The position numbers were made by a program, and so were the translations under genes. Positions 9,860-20,009 of a stretch of DNA of 64,000 bases are shown here, piece after piece (the first letter of the stretch is position 1; each line of letters opens with the position of its first letter). Below the pieces are notes generated by a model. The model was given only the letters and a program-made list of their open reading frames with translations, was not told the DNA's origin and made no database searches. Source of the DNA: an uncultured Phycisphaerales bacterium (GTDB lineage: Bacteria; Planctomycetota; Phycisphaerae; Tepidisphaerales; Tepidisphaeraceae); contig CAVWVQ010000003.1 in NCBI GenBank assembly GCA_963758525.1, positions 3,552,001 to 3,616,000 on the forward strand, read 5' to 3'.

Positions 9860-10978
9860 ATGCCCATCACTGCCCAACCACTGCTGCAGATCAAAGACCT
9901 GACGATTGGCTTCAACACCAAGCGCGGTCAGATCCGGCCGGTGCAGAACGTCTCGTTCTCGATCTTTCCCGGGCAGACCGTCGCCATCGTCGGCGAAAGC
10001 GGATGCGGCAAATCCGTCACCTCGCTCTCAATTCTCCGGCTGATTCCCGAGCCGCCTGGCGAGGTGCTCGGCGGGGAAATCCTGCTCAATGGACGCAATC
10101 TGCTGGCGCTTCCGGAGCGCGAGATGCGGGCGGTGCGCGGCAAGGAGATCGCAATGATCTTCCAGGAGCCGATGACGTCGCTCAACCCGGTTTACACCAT
10201 CGGCGATCAGATCGTGGAAGCCGTGACGCTGCACCAGGGTGTGCCGACCCGGCAGGCATACCAGATCGCGGAAGATGCCCTGCACGACGTGGGAATTGCC
10301 GACCCGCGCCGGCGCATCCGCGAATATCCGCACCAGATGTCCGGCGGCATGCGCCAGCGCGTCATGATCGCAATGGCGCTCTCGTGTCAGCCGAAGCTGC
10401 TGATCGCCGACGAACCGACAACGGCGCTGGACGTTACGATCCAGGCGCAGATTCTCGATCTGCTGCGCAAACTGCAGCGCGAGCGGGGCATGTCGATTCT
10501 GCTGATCACACATGACTTGGGCGTGGTCGCGGAAAACGCCGATGTCGTCGGCGTGATGTATGCGAGCCGAATCGTCGAATTCGCGACGGTCGAAGCGCTG
10601 TTCGATCATCCGCAGCATCCGTACACGGAAGGACTGTTTCGCTCGATCCCCAAGCTGGGATCGCGCGTCAGCCGGCTCCAGACGATCTCGGGCAACGTTC
10701 CAAATCCCGCCCGTTTTCCGTCCGGCTGCAAATTTCACCCTCGATGCCCGCGCACGAGGGCAGCCGCTGCCGCTGCTCCGTCGCAGGAGGTGAAGAAAGT
10801 TCAATCGACCGAGGAGTGGTCCGATGCGTTGCAGATTTGCGCTGCCGAGGAACCTCCCTTGCGTGACGTGGCGAATTTGCACTGGGCGTCGTGTCATCTG
10901 ATCGACGATTTCACGAAAGCGCCGGTCACTCCGCCGAGTCTTGACACGCGACGTGAAGTGCAGGCGGAGGCCAAATGA
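9860..10978 (+). CDS. Peptide ABC transporter ATP-binding protein (OppD-like)
   Basis: [28 protein letters not shown]-terminal GCKFHPRC. Confidence 0.93.
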   Translation: MPITAQPLLQIKDLTIGFNTKRGQIRPVQNVSFSIFPGQTVAIVGESGCGKSVTSLSILRLIPEPPGEVLGGEILLNGRNLLALPEREMRAVRGKEIAMIFQEPMTSLNPVYTIGDQIVEAVTLHQGVPTRQAYQIAEDALHDVGIADPRRRIREYPHQMSGGMRQRVMIAMALSCQPKLLIADEPTTALDVTIQAQILDLLRKLQRERGMSILLITHDLGVVAENADVVGVMYASRIVEFATVEALFDHPQHPYTEGLFRSIPKLGSRVSRLQTISGNVPNPARFPSGCKFHPRCPRTRAAAAAAPSQEVKKVQSTEEWSDALQICAAEEPPLRDVANLHWASCHLIDDFTKAPVTPPSLDTRREVQAEAK

Positions 10979-12084
10979 CCCGCGCGATCGAATCTCCAAA
11001 AGTTGACGCCCCACCCTCGCTGGGCCCGCTGCTGCAGGTGCGCGATCTGCGGACGTGGTTCCCGATCCGCCGCGGACTGTTCTCGTCCGTTGTCGGGCAG
11101 GTGAAGGCTGTGGATGGCGTCAGCTTCGATGTGCGGCCCGGCAAAACGCTCGGCTTGGTCGGTGAGTCCGGCTGCGGCAAGACGACCGTCGGGCGAACGA
11201 TCCTGCGGCTGATTCCCGCCACCTCCGGACAGGTCCGCTACAAGGGCGAAGATTTCTTCGCCTACCGCGGCGAAGCGTTGCGGCGATTGCGCCGCCAGAT
11301 GCAGATCGTCTTCCAGGATCCGGTCAGCAGCCTCAATCCGCGCATGACCGTCGGCAACATCATCGGCGAGCCGATGGAAGTGCATGGAATCGCCACCGGC
11401 AGCGATAAGAGCGATCGCGTGGCCGCCCTGCTTCACCGCGTCGGACTCGATCCGTCGTATTCCGTCCGCTATCCCCACGAATTTTCGGGCGGCCAGCGGC
11501 AGCGCATTGGCATCGCCCGCGCACTCTCGCTCTCGCCGGATTTCATTGTTTGCGATGAGCCGGTGTCGGCGCTGGACGTTTCAATTCAGTCGCAGATTCT
11601 GAATCTGCTGGATGAACTTCAGCAGGAACGCAACATCGCGTATCTGTTCATCGCGCACAATCTGGCCGTCGTCGAGCATTTCTCCGACGAGGTTGCCGTG
11701 ATGTATCTGGGCAGAATCGTCGAGAAGGCGCCCCGCGATGAGTTGTATTCTGATCCGAGACATCCTTACACGGTGAGCCTGCTCTCCGCGGTTCCGGAGC
11801 CCAACCCCCGCCCGAAGAAAAAGCGCATCGTCCTTCCCGGCGAAGTGCCGTCTCCTTCCAATCCCCCCAGCGGCTGTCCCTTTCACCCCCGCTGTCCCTT
11901 GACGCGACAATTGGCCGCCAATGCATCACAGGCCGAGACGATCGTCATCGCCTCTGGAGAAGGTTCCGCCCGCGTGATGCGTAAATGCGTTGAGCAAATT
12001 CCACCTCTTGAGGGAATCACGGGCAAGCCGGAGCACACCGCCGCCTGCTGGTTTGCGGAGCAGGCCGGCGATTTGGCTCGATAA
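10975..12084 (+). CDS. Peptide ABC transporter ATP-binding protein (OppF-like)
   Basis: [38 protein letters not shown] overlap with the previous gene. Confidence 0.93.
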   Translation: MTRAIESPKVDAPPSLGPLLQVRDLRTWFPIRRGLFSSVVGQVKAVDGVSFDVRPGKTLGLVGESGCGKTTVGRTILRLIPATSGQVRYKGEDFFAYRGEALRRLRRQMQIVFQDPVSSLNPRMTVGNIIGEPMEVHGIATGSDKSDRVAALLHRVGLDPSYSVRYPHEFSGGQRQRIGIARALSLSPDFIVCDEPVSALDVSIQSQILNLLDELQQERNIAYLFIAHNLAVVEHFSDEVAVMYLGRIVEKAPRDELYSDPRHPYTVSLLSAVPEPNPRPKKKRIVLPGEVPSPSNPPSGCPFHPRCPLTRQLAANASQAETIVIASGEGSARVMRKCVEQIPPLEGITGKPEHTAACWFAEQAGDLAR

Positions 12085-12100
12085 ATTGCGGAGCGGCACC

Positions 12101-12580
12101 GGATCGCACTGGTAGTTCATTCCGTCGAAAATTCGGGGGGACAACGTAGGGCGGGATTCATCCCGCCACGCCTTCCGTAAGACGACAGACCACGGCGGGA
12201 TAAATCCCGCCCTGCGGCATCGGATCGCACTGGTGGTTCATTCCGTCGAAAATTCGGGGGGACAACGTAGGGCGGGATTCATCCCGCCACGCCTTCTGTA
12301 AGACGACAGACTACGGCGGGATAAATCCCGCCCTGCGGCATCGGATCGCACTGGTGGTTCATTCCGTCGAAAATTCGGGGGGGACAACGTAGGGCGGGAT
12401 TCATCCCGCCACGCCTTCTGTAAGACGACAGACCACGGCGGGATAAATCCCGCCCTACGGCATCGGATCGCACTGGTGGTTCACTCCCGTCGAAAATTCG
12501 AGGGGGCAACGTAGGGCGGGATTCATCCCGCCACGCCTTCTGTAAGACGACAGACTACGGCGGGATAAATCCCGCCCTAC
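12101..12580. repeat. Four tandem ~121-bp units, each with a family A REP doublet (BIME/REPIN-like array)
   Basis: Units start GGATCGCACTGGT at 12101, 12222, 12343 and 12465 and are nearly identical along their length. Confidence 0.9.
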
Positions 12581-12668
12581 ACGAGACAGACCCGCAAGTT
12601 CCGATGGAATGTACCACAGTGAGTGGGCGAATTTCCGGCGTGTTTCTTCTTGCCTCCTCCCCTCGTAC

Positions 12669-14444
12669 GGGGCCTGTCGATTTATGTGGAACACCCATTG
12701 CATCTTTGCCGGCGTGGCGCTGAAATGCTTGCCCAAGCACGGAGGCTTCGCAATGGGTCACTGGGCAACTCCCCGTCTGGATCGCAAACAGGTCACGCTT
12801 TTCGCGCCTACTCTCGATGCGTCGATTGCCGACGATCATCCCGTACGCCTCTTCCACGAGACGCTGGGGAGGATCGACTTCTCCCCCTGGGAAGCATCGT
12901 ACGTGCGGGTGGTCGGCCAGCCTCCGATCCATCCGCGGGTGCTGGCGGGATGCATTCTCTATGGATTGTCGCTGGGAATCCGTTCCAGCCGCAAGCTGGA
13001 GGACGCGGCCGCCAACCGGCTGGATTTCATCTGGCTGCTGGAGGGACGCGTCCCCGATCACGCAACGATCTGCAAATTCCGCACGCAGTTTGGCAAGCAG
13101 ATCAAGGACCTGTTCCGACAGGTCGGCCGGGTGGCGATGTCGCTGGGGCTGGTGTCGCTCAATTCGGTGATGCTCGACGGGACGGAGCTGAAGGCGAACA
13201 ACAGCCGCTACGCGACCAACCGCCGGGCGTCGCTGCAGCAGAAGCTCGATGCGTTGGACGTTCAGGTCGATCGCTTGATGGCCGAGGCGGACGCCGCGGA
13301 CAAGGCCGACGCTCAGTTGTTTGGGGAGAGTTCTCCGACGAAGCTGCCCCGGGAGCTGAGCGATCTCAAGGCCCGTCAGGCGCGTCTGCAAAAGGCGATG
13401 GACAGCGTCAATGAGATGGAAAAGCAGCGTGGGAACCGCAAGGACATGCCGCAGGGGCCGGCGATTCCGACCACCGACCCCGAGTCGCGCGTGCTGCCGG
13501 CCAAGCAGGGGGGCTACGCGCCCGCTTACACCGCGGTGCTGGCCACCGACGCGGATCATGGCTTCATCGTGGACACGCAGATGCTGGCCGGCAACGACGA
13601 GGCCTCCACGGTGCTGGCGGCGGTGCAAAACATCGAGGAGCACTTTGGCCGCAAGCCCCGGGAAATGATCGCGGATTCGGGGTTCAACACCGGGCCGAAC
13701 CTCGCGGGGCTCCAGGAGCAGAAGGTCGAGGCGCTGATGCCGCCGCGGCAGGAACTGGACGCGTCGGCGGCGCAGCGACCGGATCCCTCGCAGCCGGTGG
13801 CCGAGGCGGATCGCCCGCGTCTGCCGGTCAACCCGCAGAACAAGGTGCTGGACCGTTCGGGATTCACCTACGATGCGGCGGCCGATCAGTATCACTGCCC
13901 CATGGGACAAGCGATGCCGCGGGTCGATGACAAGCCGTACAACCGGCACGGGAACAAGGGAACCTATCAAATCTACCAGAGCCCCGACTGCGCCGGTTGC
14001 CCCCTGAAGAGCCGCTGCCTCAGCGGCAAGTCGCCGACGCGACGGGTCTGCCGCGACGAATACCAGACGCTGCGCGAGGCGATGGCAGGCCGGATGCAAA
14101 GCGAGGCCGGCCGGCAACGATATAAACAGCGCGCGGCGGTGGCGGAGCGGGCGTTTGCGGTGTTGAAAGCCAGAATGAACCTGCGGCAATTGCTGCTGCG
14201 CGGGATGGAAAAAGTGCAGATCGAGGTTGATTGGGCGGCCGCGGCGTTCAACCTGATGAAATTGATGGCCCTGACGGCAAAATAACCGGGCAGAAGCAAA
14301 GGAAAAGATCGGCTTGGACGAAAGCTGGTTCATAAAGATGGACTGATGCAGCGGAGGAAAAACGGGCAACGCGAATTCCGGCAGCCTACTGCCGAGATGA
14401 GCCGGCCTCGGAACCTGGCGGGCCGAGGTTAAAACGACAGGCCC
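12669..14444 (+). mobile_element. IS1182-family insertion sequence
   Basis: IRs GGGCCTGTCGATTTAT (12670-12685) and TTAAAACGACAGGCCC (14429-14444), 14/16 match; TAC duplicated on the flanks; single transposase. Confidence 0.85.
12753..14285 (+). CDS. IS1182-family transposase
   Basis: GGAGG RBS; DHPVR, GIRSSRKLE, PDHATICKFR, LDGTELKAN, TTDPESR, ADSGF, Cys cluster, YKQRAAVAERAFAVLK. Confidence 0.9.
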   Translation: MGHWATPRLDRKQVTLFAPTLDASIADDHPVRLFHETLGRIDFSPWEASYVRVVGQPPIHPRVLAGCILYGLSLGIRSSRKLEDAAANRLDFIWLLEGRVPDHATICKFRTQFGKQIKDLFRQVGRVAMSLGLVSLNSVMLDGTELKANNSRYATNRRASLQQKLDALDVQVDRLMAEADAADKADAQLFGESSPTKLPRELSDLKARQARLQKAMDSVNEMEKQRGNRKDMPQGPAIPTTDPESRVLPAKQGGYAPAYTAVLATDADHGFIVDTQMLAGNDEASTVLAAVQNIEEHFGRKPREMIADSGFNTGPNLAGLQEQKVEALMPPRQELDASAAQRPDPSQPVAEADRPRLPVNPQNKVLDRSGFTYDAAADQYHCPMGQAMPRVDDKPYNRHGNKGTYQIYQSPDCAGCPLKSRCLSGKSPTRRVCRDEYQTLREAMAGRMQSEAGRQRYKQRAAVAERAFAVLKARMNLRQLLLRGMEKVQIEVDWAAAAFNLMKLMALTAK

Positions 14445-14759
14445 TACTCCGGGGGACGGTTGGGGTGGGGGCTTGCTCGGGATAAGCAGGAAATGGTTAC
14501 CGAAGCGGGTTCTTACTTCCTGCCCCCAACTCGTTGCGCCTCCCAGGTACGAGAGGAGCAGAAAAGTAGCTCCTGTTTTTTCGGGGACACCCCAATAATC
14601 CGCGAACCCCCACCCCAGCCCTCCCCCGGAGCACCAGGGGAGGGGGAAGTAATCGCAGCGCCTAAAGTTCCACGCCGCCGGAAAAACGGGCACGTCCCCC
14701 GGAAATTCGCACTCGCCTTTCGCGCGATTCATTTGCACTTCCGCGGCTATGATTGCCCG

Positions 14760-16142
14760 ATGCCTCTCGAATTCCTCGACACCGGCGGAAACCAGCGGCT
14801 GGCGATCTTTTCGGAGATGATGGACGTCATCGCGGCGGGGAGCGAGGACGCGCGCGCTCTGCACCAGACCATCGTCGGCATGATGCGCCGCGCGTTCGGC
14901 AGACGCTGCTACGTGGAGGTCGCCGCCGGCGGTTTGCCAAAAGGGGCTTTTCGTCTCACGCGCGTCTGGCGCGACGACGGGAGCGAAGCCGTCCCCAATA
15001 ACAGCCCGTGGCGCTCCGCACAGGCGGCCGTCCGGGAGGGGGGTGTCATCGCCGAGATTCTGGCGCAGAACAGGGCGGTAGCCGTCAACCGCCTGTGCAT
15101 GCCCGAGTCGGATCCTGTTTTCGCTGAACTGGGAGGCTATCACAGTCTTGCCGCCGCCCCGGGCGCATTGGGCGAACCCTTGAATTGGGTGCTGATCCTC
15201 GATCCGCTCGAAAACGCGTTCACGGACGAAGACGTCGCCACGCTGGTGTTGCGGCTCAGCCTCATCGGACTGTCGCTCAAGCATCTGGACACGATCGGAG
15301 AATTGCGTCGCGCGACCGCCTACATCGAGGCCGAGGTGGATCGGATCGCGGACATCCAGCGCGCTCTGCTGCCCGAGATTCCAAGAGAGGTGAGCGGACT
15401 GGAGATTGCCGCCAGTTGGGAAACATTCGATCGCGCCGGCGGCGACGCGTATGACTACGCGCGGCTTCCGGACGGCTCATGGGCGTTCCTTATTTCCGAT
15501 GCCAGCGGCCACGGCCCTTCTGCCGCGGTGGTTTCCGCCGTGCTCAACGCGATCCTGCACACGTTGCCCACCATTCACGGCGCGCGCACGCCTCGGCCGG
15601 CGGAGGTGCTGGGCTTCGCGAACGCGCAGCTCGCCAATAAGCAGATCGGCCAGTCGTTTGTCACCGCATTCCTCGGCGTCTGGAATCCGCGCGACCGCAG
15701 CTTCACCTATGCCCGTGCCGGTCATAACCCCCCGATCCTGCGACGCGATCATCAGATTCAGCTTCTCGACGCCGTCGGCGAGCTCCCGCTCGCCATCTTC
15801 GACGACACGGCCTATTCCCAGTGCACACTAGCCCTCAAGGATGACGATGTCATTGTTCTGTTCACCGACGGGATCATCGAAGCATTCAACGAAAGCAATG
15901 AAATGTTCGGCGACGACCGCCTTTGCGCGGCACTTCTCGCCGCCGACGGCGATGCCACCCAGATTCTCGCGTCGCTGGCAAACACGCAACGGAAATTTCT
16001 CGCGGGAACGCATTCGCGCGATGACGCGACGATGATGGTGCTGCGAGTGTTGGCGGGGGAAGCTCCGAATGACGATGAGGACGAATCCAGAATCCCGGAA
16101 TCAAACCGAAGCTCCGCTGTGGCGGATCCGAAGGACAAATGA
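14760..16142 (+). CDS. PP2C/SpoIIE-family Ser/Thr phosphatase with N-terminal GAF-like region
   Basis: IQRALLP, AGGDAYD, ISDASGHG, AGHNPP, FTDGIIEA, DDAT. Start moved past the upstream REP. Confidence 0.88.
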   Translation: MPLEFLDTGGNQRLAIFSEMMDVIAAGSEDARALHQTIVGMMRRAFGRRCYVEVAAGGLPKGAFRLTRVWRDDGSEAVPNNSPWRSAQAAVREGGVIAEILAQNRAVAVNRLCMPESDPVFAELGGYHSLAAAPGALGEPLNWVLILDPLENAFTDEDVATLVLRLSLIGLSLKHLDTIGELRRATAYIEAEVDRIADIQRALLPEIPREVSGLEIAASWETFDRAGGDAYDYARLPDGSWAFLISDASGHGPSAAVVSAVLNAILHTLPTIHGARTPRPAEVLGFANAQLANKQIGQSFVTAFLGVWNPRDRSFTYARAGHNPPILRRDHQIQLLDAVGELPLAIFDDTAYSQCTLALKDDDVIVLFTDGIIEAFNESNEMFGDDRLCAALLAADGDATQILASLANTQRKFLAGTHSRDDATMMVLRVLAGEAPNDDEDESRIPESNRSSAVADPKDK

Positions 16143-16372
16143 TCAAATGTCGGGCGAATGCGGAACCGCTCCGCCGAGGCAGCCAGCGCGAGACGGCGTC
16201 GCTCCTGACGGCGGCGGCGAAGCCGGAACGTTGTCTCGGCAATTCGTCATTCGGGTTTCGGATTTGATTATTTGATTCGGAATTCGGGTTTCGTCATTCG
16301 GGTTTTGGCAGTCAATGCGCCCGACTATGCTGATTTAATAAGAGCCGCTGTAATGCCATCCCCCGGAGTCCC

Positions 16373-17120
16373 ATGAACTACACCATTCACGGCACCACCA
16401 TGCAGACCCTGTCCGTCGAGCTATCGGCGGGCGAAACGCTCTACAGCCAGACGCACGCCATGGCCTGGATGAGCGACAACATTCAGATGCAAACCCACAC
16501 CGGCGGCGGAATCCTCGCCGGGCTGTCGCGCAGCTTCGGCGGCGGATCGTTCTTCATCACCGACTATACCTCGGCCGCAAATGCGCAGCATCGCCTTCGC
16601 GCCGCGCTTCCCCGGCAGCATCCTCCCATTCAAGCTTGCGGCCGGCGAATCGATCCTCTGCCGAAAGCAGACGTTCCTGTGCGCCGAGAAATCCGTCACG
16701 TTTGAAATCGCCTTCCAGAAACGCCTTGGCGCCGGTTTCTTCGGCGGCGAAGGCTTCATCATCCAGCGACTCACCGGGCCCGGCACCGTCTGGCTCGATC
16801 TCTCCGGCGAAGTCATCACCTACGACCTCGCCCCCGGCCAGAAAATTCTCGTCCACGCCGGCCACGTCGGCGCCCAGGCGCCGTCGGTCAACTTTGACGT
16901 GCAGATGCTCAAAGGCTTCCGCAACATTCTCTTCGGCGGCGAAGGCCTCTTTCTCGCCAGCCTGACCGGCCCCGGCAAAGTCTGGCTCCAAAGCATGCCG
17001 ATCATGAATCTCGCCGAAGCCATTGCCCAATATTTGCCGCGCGGCGACAGCGAGTCCGCCTCGCAAAGCGTGGCGGGAGGAATTGTGGGAGGGGTGTTGA
17101 GGGGGTTGCTGAAGAGCTGA
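16373..17120 (+). CDS. TIGR00266/AIM24-family protein; frameshift near 16580
   Basis: [17 protein letters not shown]...; [17 protein letters not shown] and [23 protein letters not shown] in the second frame. Confidence 0.85.
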
Positions 17121-17521
17121 CGCAGCGCAGCGCTATTCCGCAAACATCGGCAAAAATACGAGCGAAAGAAGCGAGATCAAGAGCACTCACTCGAAAGTGG
17201 CGAATGGCTCCGAGTAGGGCGGGATGAATTCCGCCCTGCCACCGCAAAGATCCGCAATCACCACAAAAGTTACACCCGTCCGCGGAAGAGCTGCCGGTTG
17301 ATACATCGTTCGTGCGAATGCTTTTCTACGGACCTTTGTACAGCGCACAAAGGTCCGCAGGAGGGCGACGCGCATTCTCGGGCTTCGTGCTTATTTGCGC
17401 GCCCTCCTACGGACCCTACGCAACTGGGGTGTTGCGCTCGAAAGTGACGATGGCTCCGAGTAGGGCGGGATTCATCCCGCCGATTTGTTGGCCGGCCGAG
17501 GAAACGGCGGGATGAATTCCG
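17109..17521. repeat. Composite REP-containing repeat, direct copy of 20181-20637
   Basis: Near-identical sequence starting CTGACGCAGCGCAGCGCTATTCCGC in both places. Confidence 0.88.
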
Positions 17522-17685
17522 ATCTGCTGAAGATCCCACGTGCAGAATCCTCGAAAGCTCGTCAGCGTCCGCGTAGCCGCCCTTGTCGAGCCAGTCTTCC
17601 ATGAGATTCGGTTTTCGGGGCCGAAGAAGATTCCCATTTGTCGACTCATATCACCCAGAACGTCGCGCGGTTAACATCAACGTAG

Positions 17686-18138
17686 ATGGCGAAGCTTGGC
17701 GCGAGCGATTACCGAATCGGCGCGAGGGAACGACTGGAAGAAGCGTATTTTCTGCTGCGCCAAGAAAGGTTCGGCGGCAGCATCTACCTCGCCGGCAGAG
17801 CTGTCGAGGGAATGCTCCGCGCGGTCATCTGGAAAAGCGATCCGGAGTATGTCACTGGTAAGAAGAACTTAGAAACAGGGCACGGTTTACGGAACCTGCT
17901 CGACTTGGTGGGCGAGATCGGCGTTTTGCGGAACAACCCTCTGAGGGACGACATCGGGGCACATGTGCAGCACGTCGGACCACTCTGGTGGAACGACATG
18001 CGGTTTCTTCCCCAAAACCGGATCAAGACCCGCTGGTTCCAACTCAACGAAATCGGCGGAAAACGGACATTCAAACTCGCCGCGAATGAGTATTATGACT
18101 CGTGCTCGGCGATCGTGAAGAGATGCGAGGCAATATGA
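17686..18138 (+). CDS. HEPN domain protein
   Basis: ARERLEEAYFLL...GSIYLAGRAVEGMLRAVI...TGHGLRNLL...WWNDMRF pattern of stand-alone HEPN proteins. Confidence 0.75.
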   Translation: MAKLGASDYRIGARERLEEAYFLLRQERFGGSIYLAGRAVEGMLRAVIWKSDPEYVTGKKNLETGHGLRNLLDLVGEIGVLRNNPLRDDIGAHVQHVGPLWWNDMRFLPQNRIKTRWFQLNEIGGKRTFKLAANEYYDSCSAIVKRCEAI

Positions 18139-18428
18139 CAAAACTGACGAAGAAGAAGCTCGAAGCAATTCTGACTCGTCGGCTCTGCTTGGTGGACCCG
18201 GAATTCCGACTGGAGAAAGCCTCCGAGCGGCTGATCGGCAACGTCATTTCCCTGACGTTCAAGGGCAAACGCGATCACGAACGGCAAAAAATGATCTGGG
18301 ACGCGCTGGAGGCCGAGTTCGGCGAGGAGTCGGTTCTGCTCGTCGGAATGTTGTTGGCCTATACCCCGGACGAGTGGAATCTGGACGCGGATCAGAAGTC
18401 GGCACCCAAAGCGAAAAAGGCCGGATGA
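18135..18428 (+). CDS. Small BolA-like / degenerate MNT-like protein coupled to HEPN
   Basis: ATGA overlap; VISLTFKGKRDHERQKMIWDAL...LLAYTPDEW. Confidence 0.6.
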   Translation: MTKLTKKKLEAILTRRLCLVDPEFRLEKASERLIGNVISLTFKGKRDHERQKMIWDALEAEFGEESVLLVGMLLAYTPDEWNLDADQKSAPKAKKAG

Positions 18429-18491
18429 ACGCGCCGGCTGTTGACAACCGCACCGTGCAGCCGGGCGAGCATGCTCGCCGCGCAGAACCTA

Positions 18492-19705
18492 GTACTCCAG
18501 CGCGCTTTGTTTGATGACTCGCGCTCTCGCTTTTTAGACGGTATGCTTTAGGCATGGTCCAAGCAAGGAGGCAACCATGTTGAAGGCTAACGTTGTGTCT
18601 TTGACCGGCGAGCAGCGAGAGGAATTGAAGCGGATCAGTCGTTCTGGAAAAAGTTCCGCACGAAGGGTGGTTCGAGCGCGGATCCTGCTCAAGAGCGACA
18701 TCGGAGAGACCGATCAGGAGATCTCCGAGGCGCTGGATGTCGGCGTGGCAACGATCGAACGCGTCCGCAGAAAGTTTGCCGCTGGCGGAATAGAGGCTGC
18801 CATCGAATCGGGTCCGCAGCCGCCGCGTCCGCAGAAGCGGCGGTTGGATGGCGAGGGCGAAGCCAAACTGGTGATGCTCGCCTGCAGCAGGCCATCCGAC
18901 GAACATGGGCATTGGACGCTGGATTTGCTGGCCGGCCAGATGGTGAAGCTGAACTACGTGCCGGCGATTTCCGGGGACACTGTCGGTCGGGTTCTAAAAA
19001 AAACGAAATCAAGCCCTGGCTGAAGGAAGAATGGTGCATTCCGCCCGATGCCAGCGGCGAGTTTGTCTATCGCATGGAGGATGTTCTGGAGGTTTACAAG
19101 CGGCCTTATGACCCGCTGCGGCCGGTGGTGGCATTGGACGAAAAGCCTCTGCAAATCCTCTCGGACACGCGCAAGCCGATCCCTTGTGAACCCGGCAGTT
19201 CGGCCAAGCAGGACCACGAGTACAAGCGTAACGGAACCGCGAACATCTTCTGTGCCGTCGAACCACTGGGAAACTTTCGCCGCCTGGAATTGACCGAGCG
19301 CCGGACCAAGCTGGACTTCGCCCATTTCGTCAAGGACCTGGTCGATACGCGGTACAAAGACGCACAGAAGATCGTGCTGGTGATGGACAATCTCAACACG
19401 CACAGTCCGGCCAGTTTCTACGACGCTTTTTCGCCCCAGGAAGCACGGCGTCTGACGGAAAAGCTGGAGATCCACCATACGCCCAAGCACGGCTCATGGC
19501 TGAATGTGGCAGAGATTGAACTGAGCGTCGTCGGACGCCGACTGCGTGATCGATGTGACAACATAGAAGATCTGGCCCGGCAATTGGCAGCAATCGAACG
19601 AGATCGCAACCAAGCCGCCAAAGGCGTCGATTGGCAATTCACTGTCGACAAGGCACGGATAAAGTTGAAACGGCTCTACCCATCATTCGAAATGCGGTAG
19701 ACTAC
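18492..19705 (+). mobile_element. IS630-family insertion sequence
   Basis: Ends CTAGTACTCCAGCGC and GCGGTAGACTACTAG (12/15 inverted match), TA within CTAG on both sides. Confidence 0.88.
18577..19700 (+). CDS. IS630 transposase, two ORFs joined by a probable programmed -1 frameshift
   Basis: HTH ORF then DDE ORF (ALDEKP, EYKRNGT, MDNLNTH, HGSWLNVAEIE); A8 run at 18996-19003 gives LKKNEIKPW. Confidence 0.9.
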
Positions 19706-19707
19706 TA

Positions 19708-19974
19708 GGCTCTGTCTGAAAACCCTAAGTCCTCACGACGGCTCAGAATGGCTTTGGCCGCTAGGCGCCCTGGCGACATCAGGGTCCGTAGACCCTTTGA
19801 GCCGGGGCAACGACGCGGACGAAGCCATTCTGAGCCGCCTGCGGTGGGCCGGATTCGATCCGCCTGCTTCATTGCCGCCCCTTGATGGCTCTACGGAGCC
19901 GGACTGCGGGGCGACGCCTCGCAGTCGAATCGAATCCGGCCCATCGTGAGGGCTTAGGGTTTTCAGACAGAGCC
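19708..19974. mobile_element. MITE (267 bp, non-autonomous)
   Basis: 34-bp terminal IR including flanking CTAG (CTAGGCTCTGTCTGAAAACCCTAAG(T/C)CCTCACGA), one mismatch; two internal IR pairs; no credible ORF. Confidence 0.85.
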
Positions 19975-20009
19975 TAGGAGACTGCGAGACCGATTCGGCG
20001 GACAACGGG

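Noticed and set aside
12101..12580. CRISPR array
   Set aside because: Inter-repeat sequences are identical rather than unique spacers, the unit is 121 bp, and there are no cas genes
12555..15284. 909-aa minus-strand ORF and other long shadow ORFs (e.g. 1482-2831, 23474-25006, 35003-36460, 48701-50047)
   Set aside because: Antisense to well-supported genes in GC-rich DNA, with no recognisable motifs
18996..19003. IS630 frameshift as a sequencing error
   Set aside because: An A-run at LKKN is the usual programmed -1 site in this IS630 group, so it is treated as genuine
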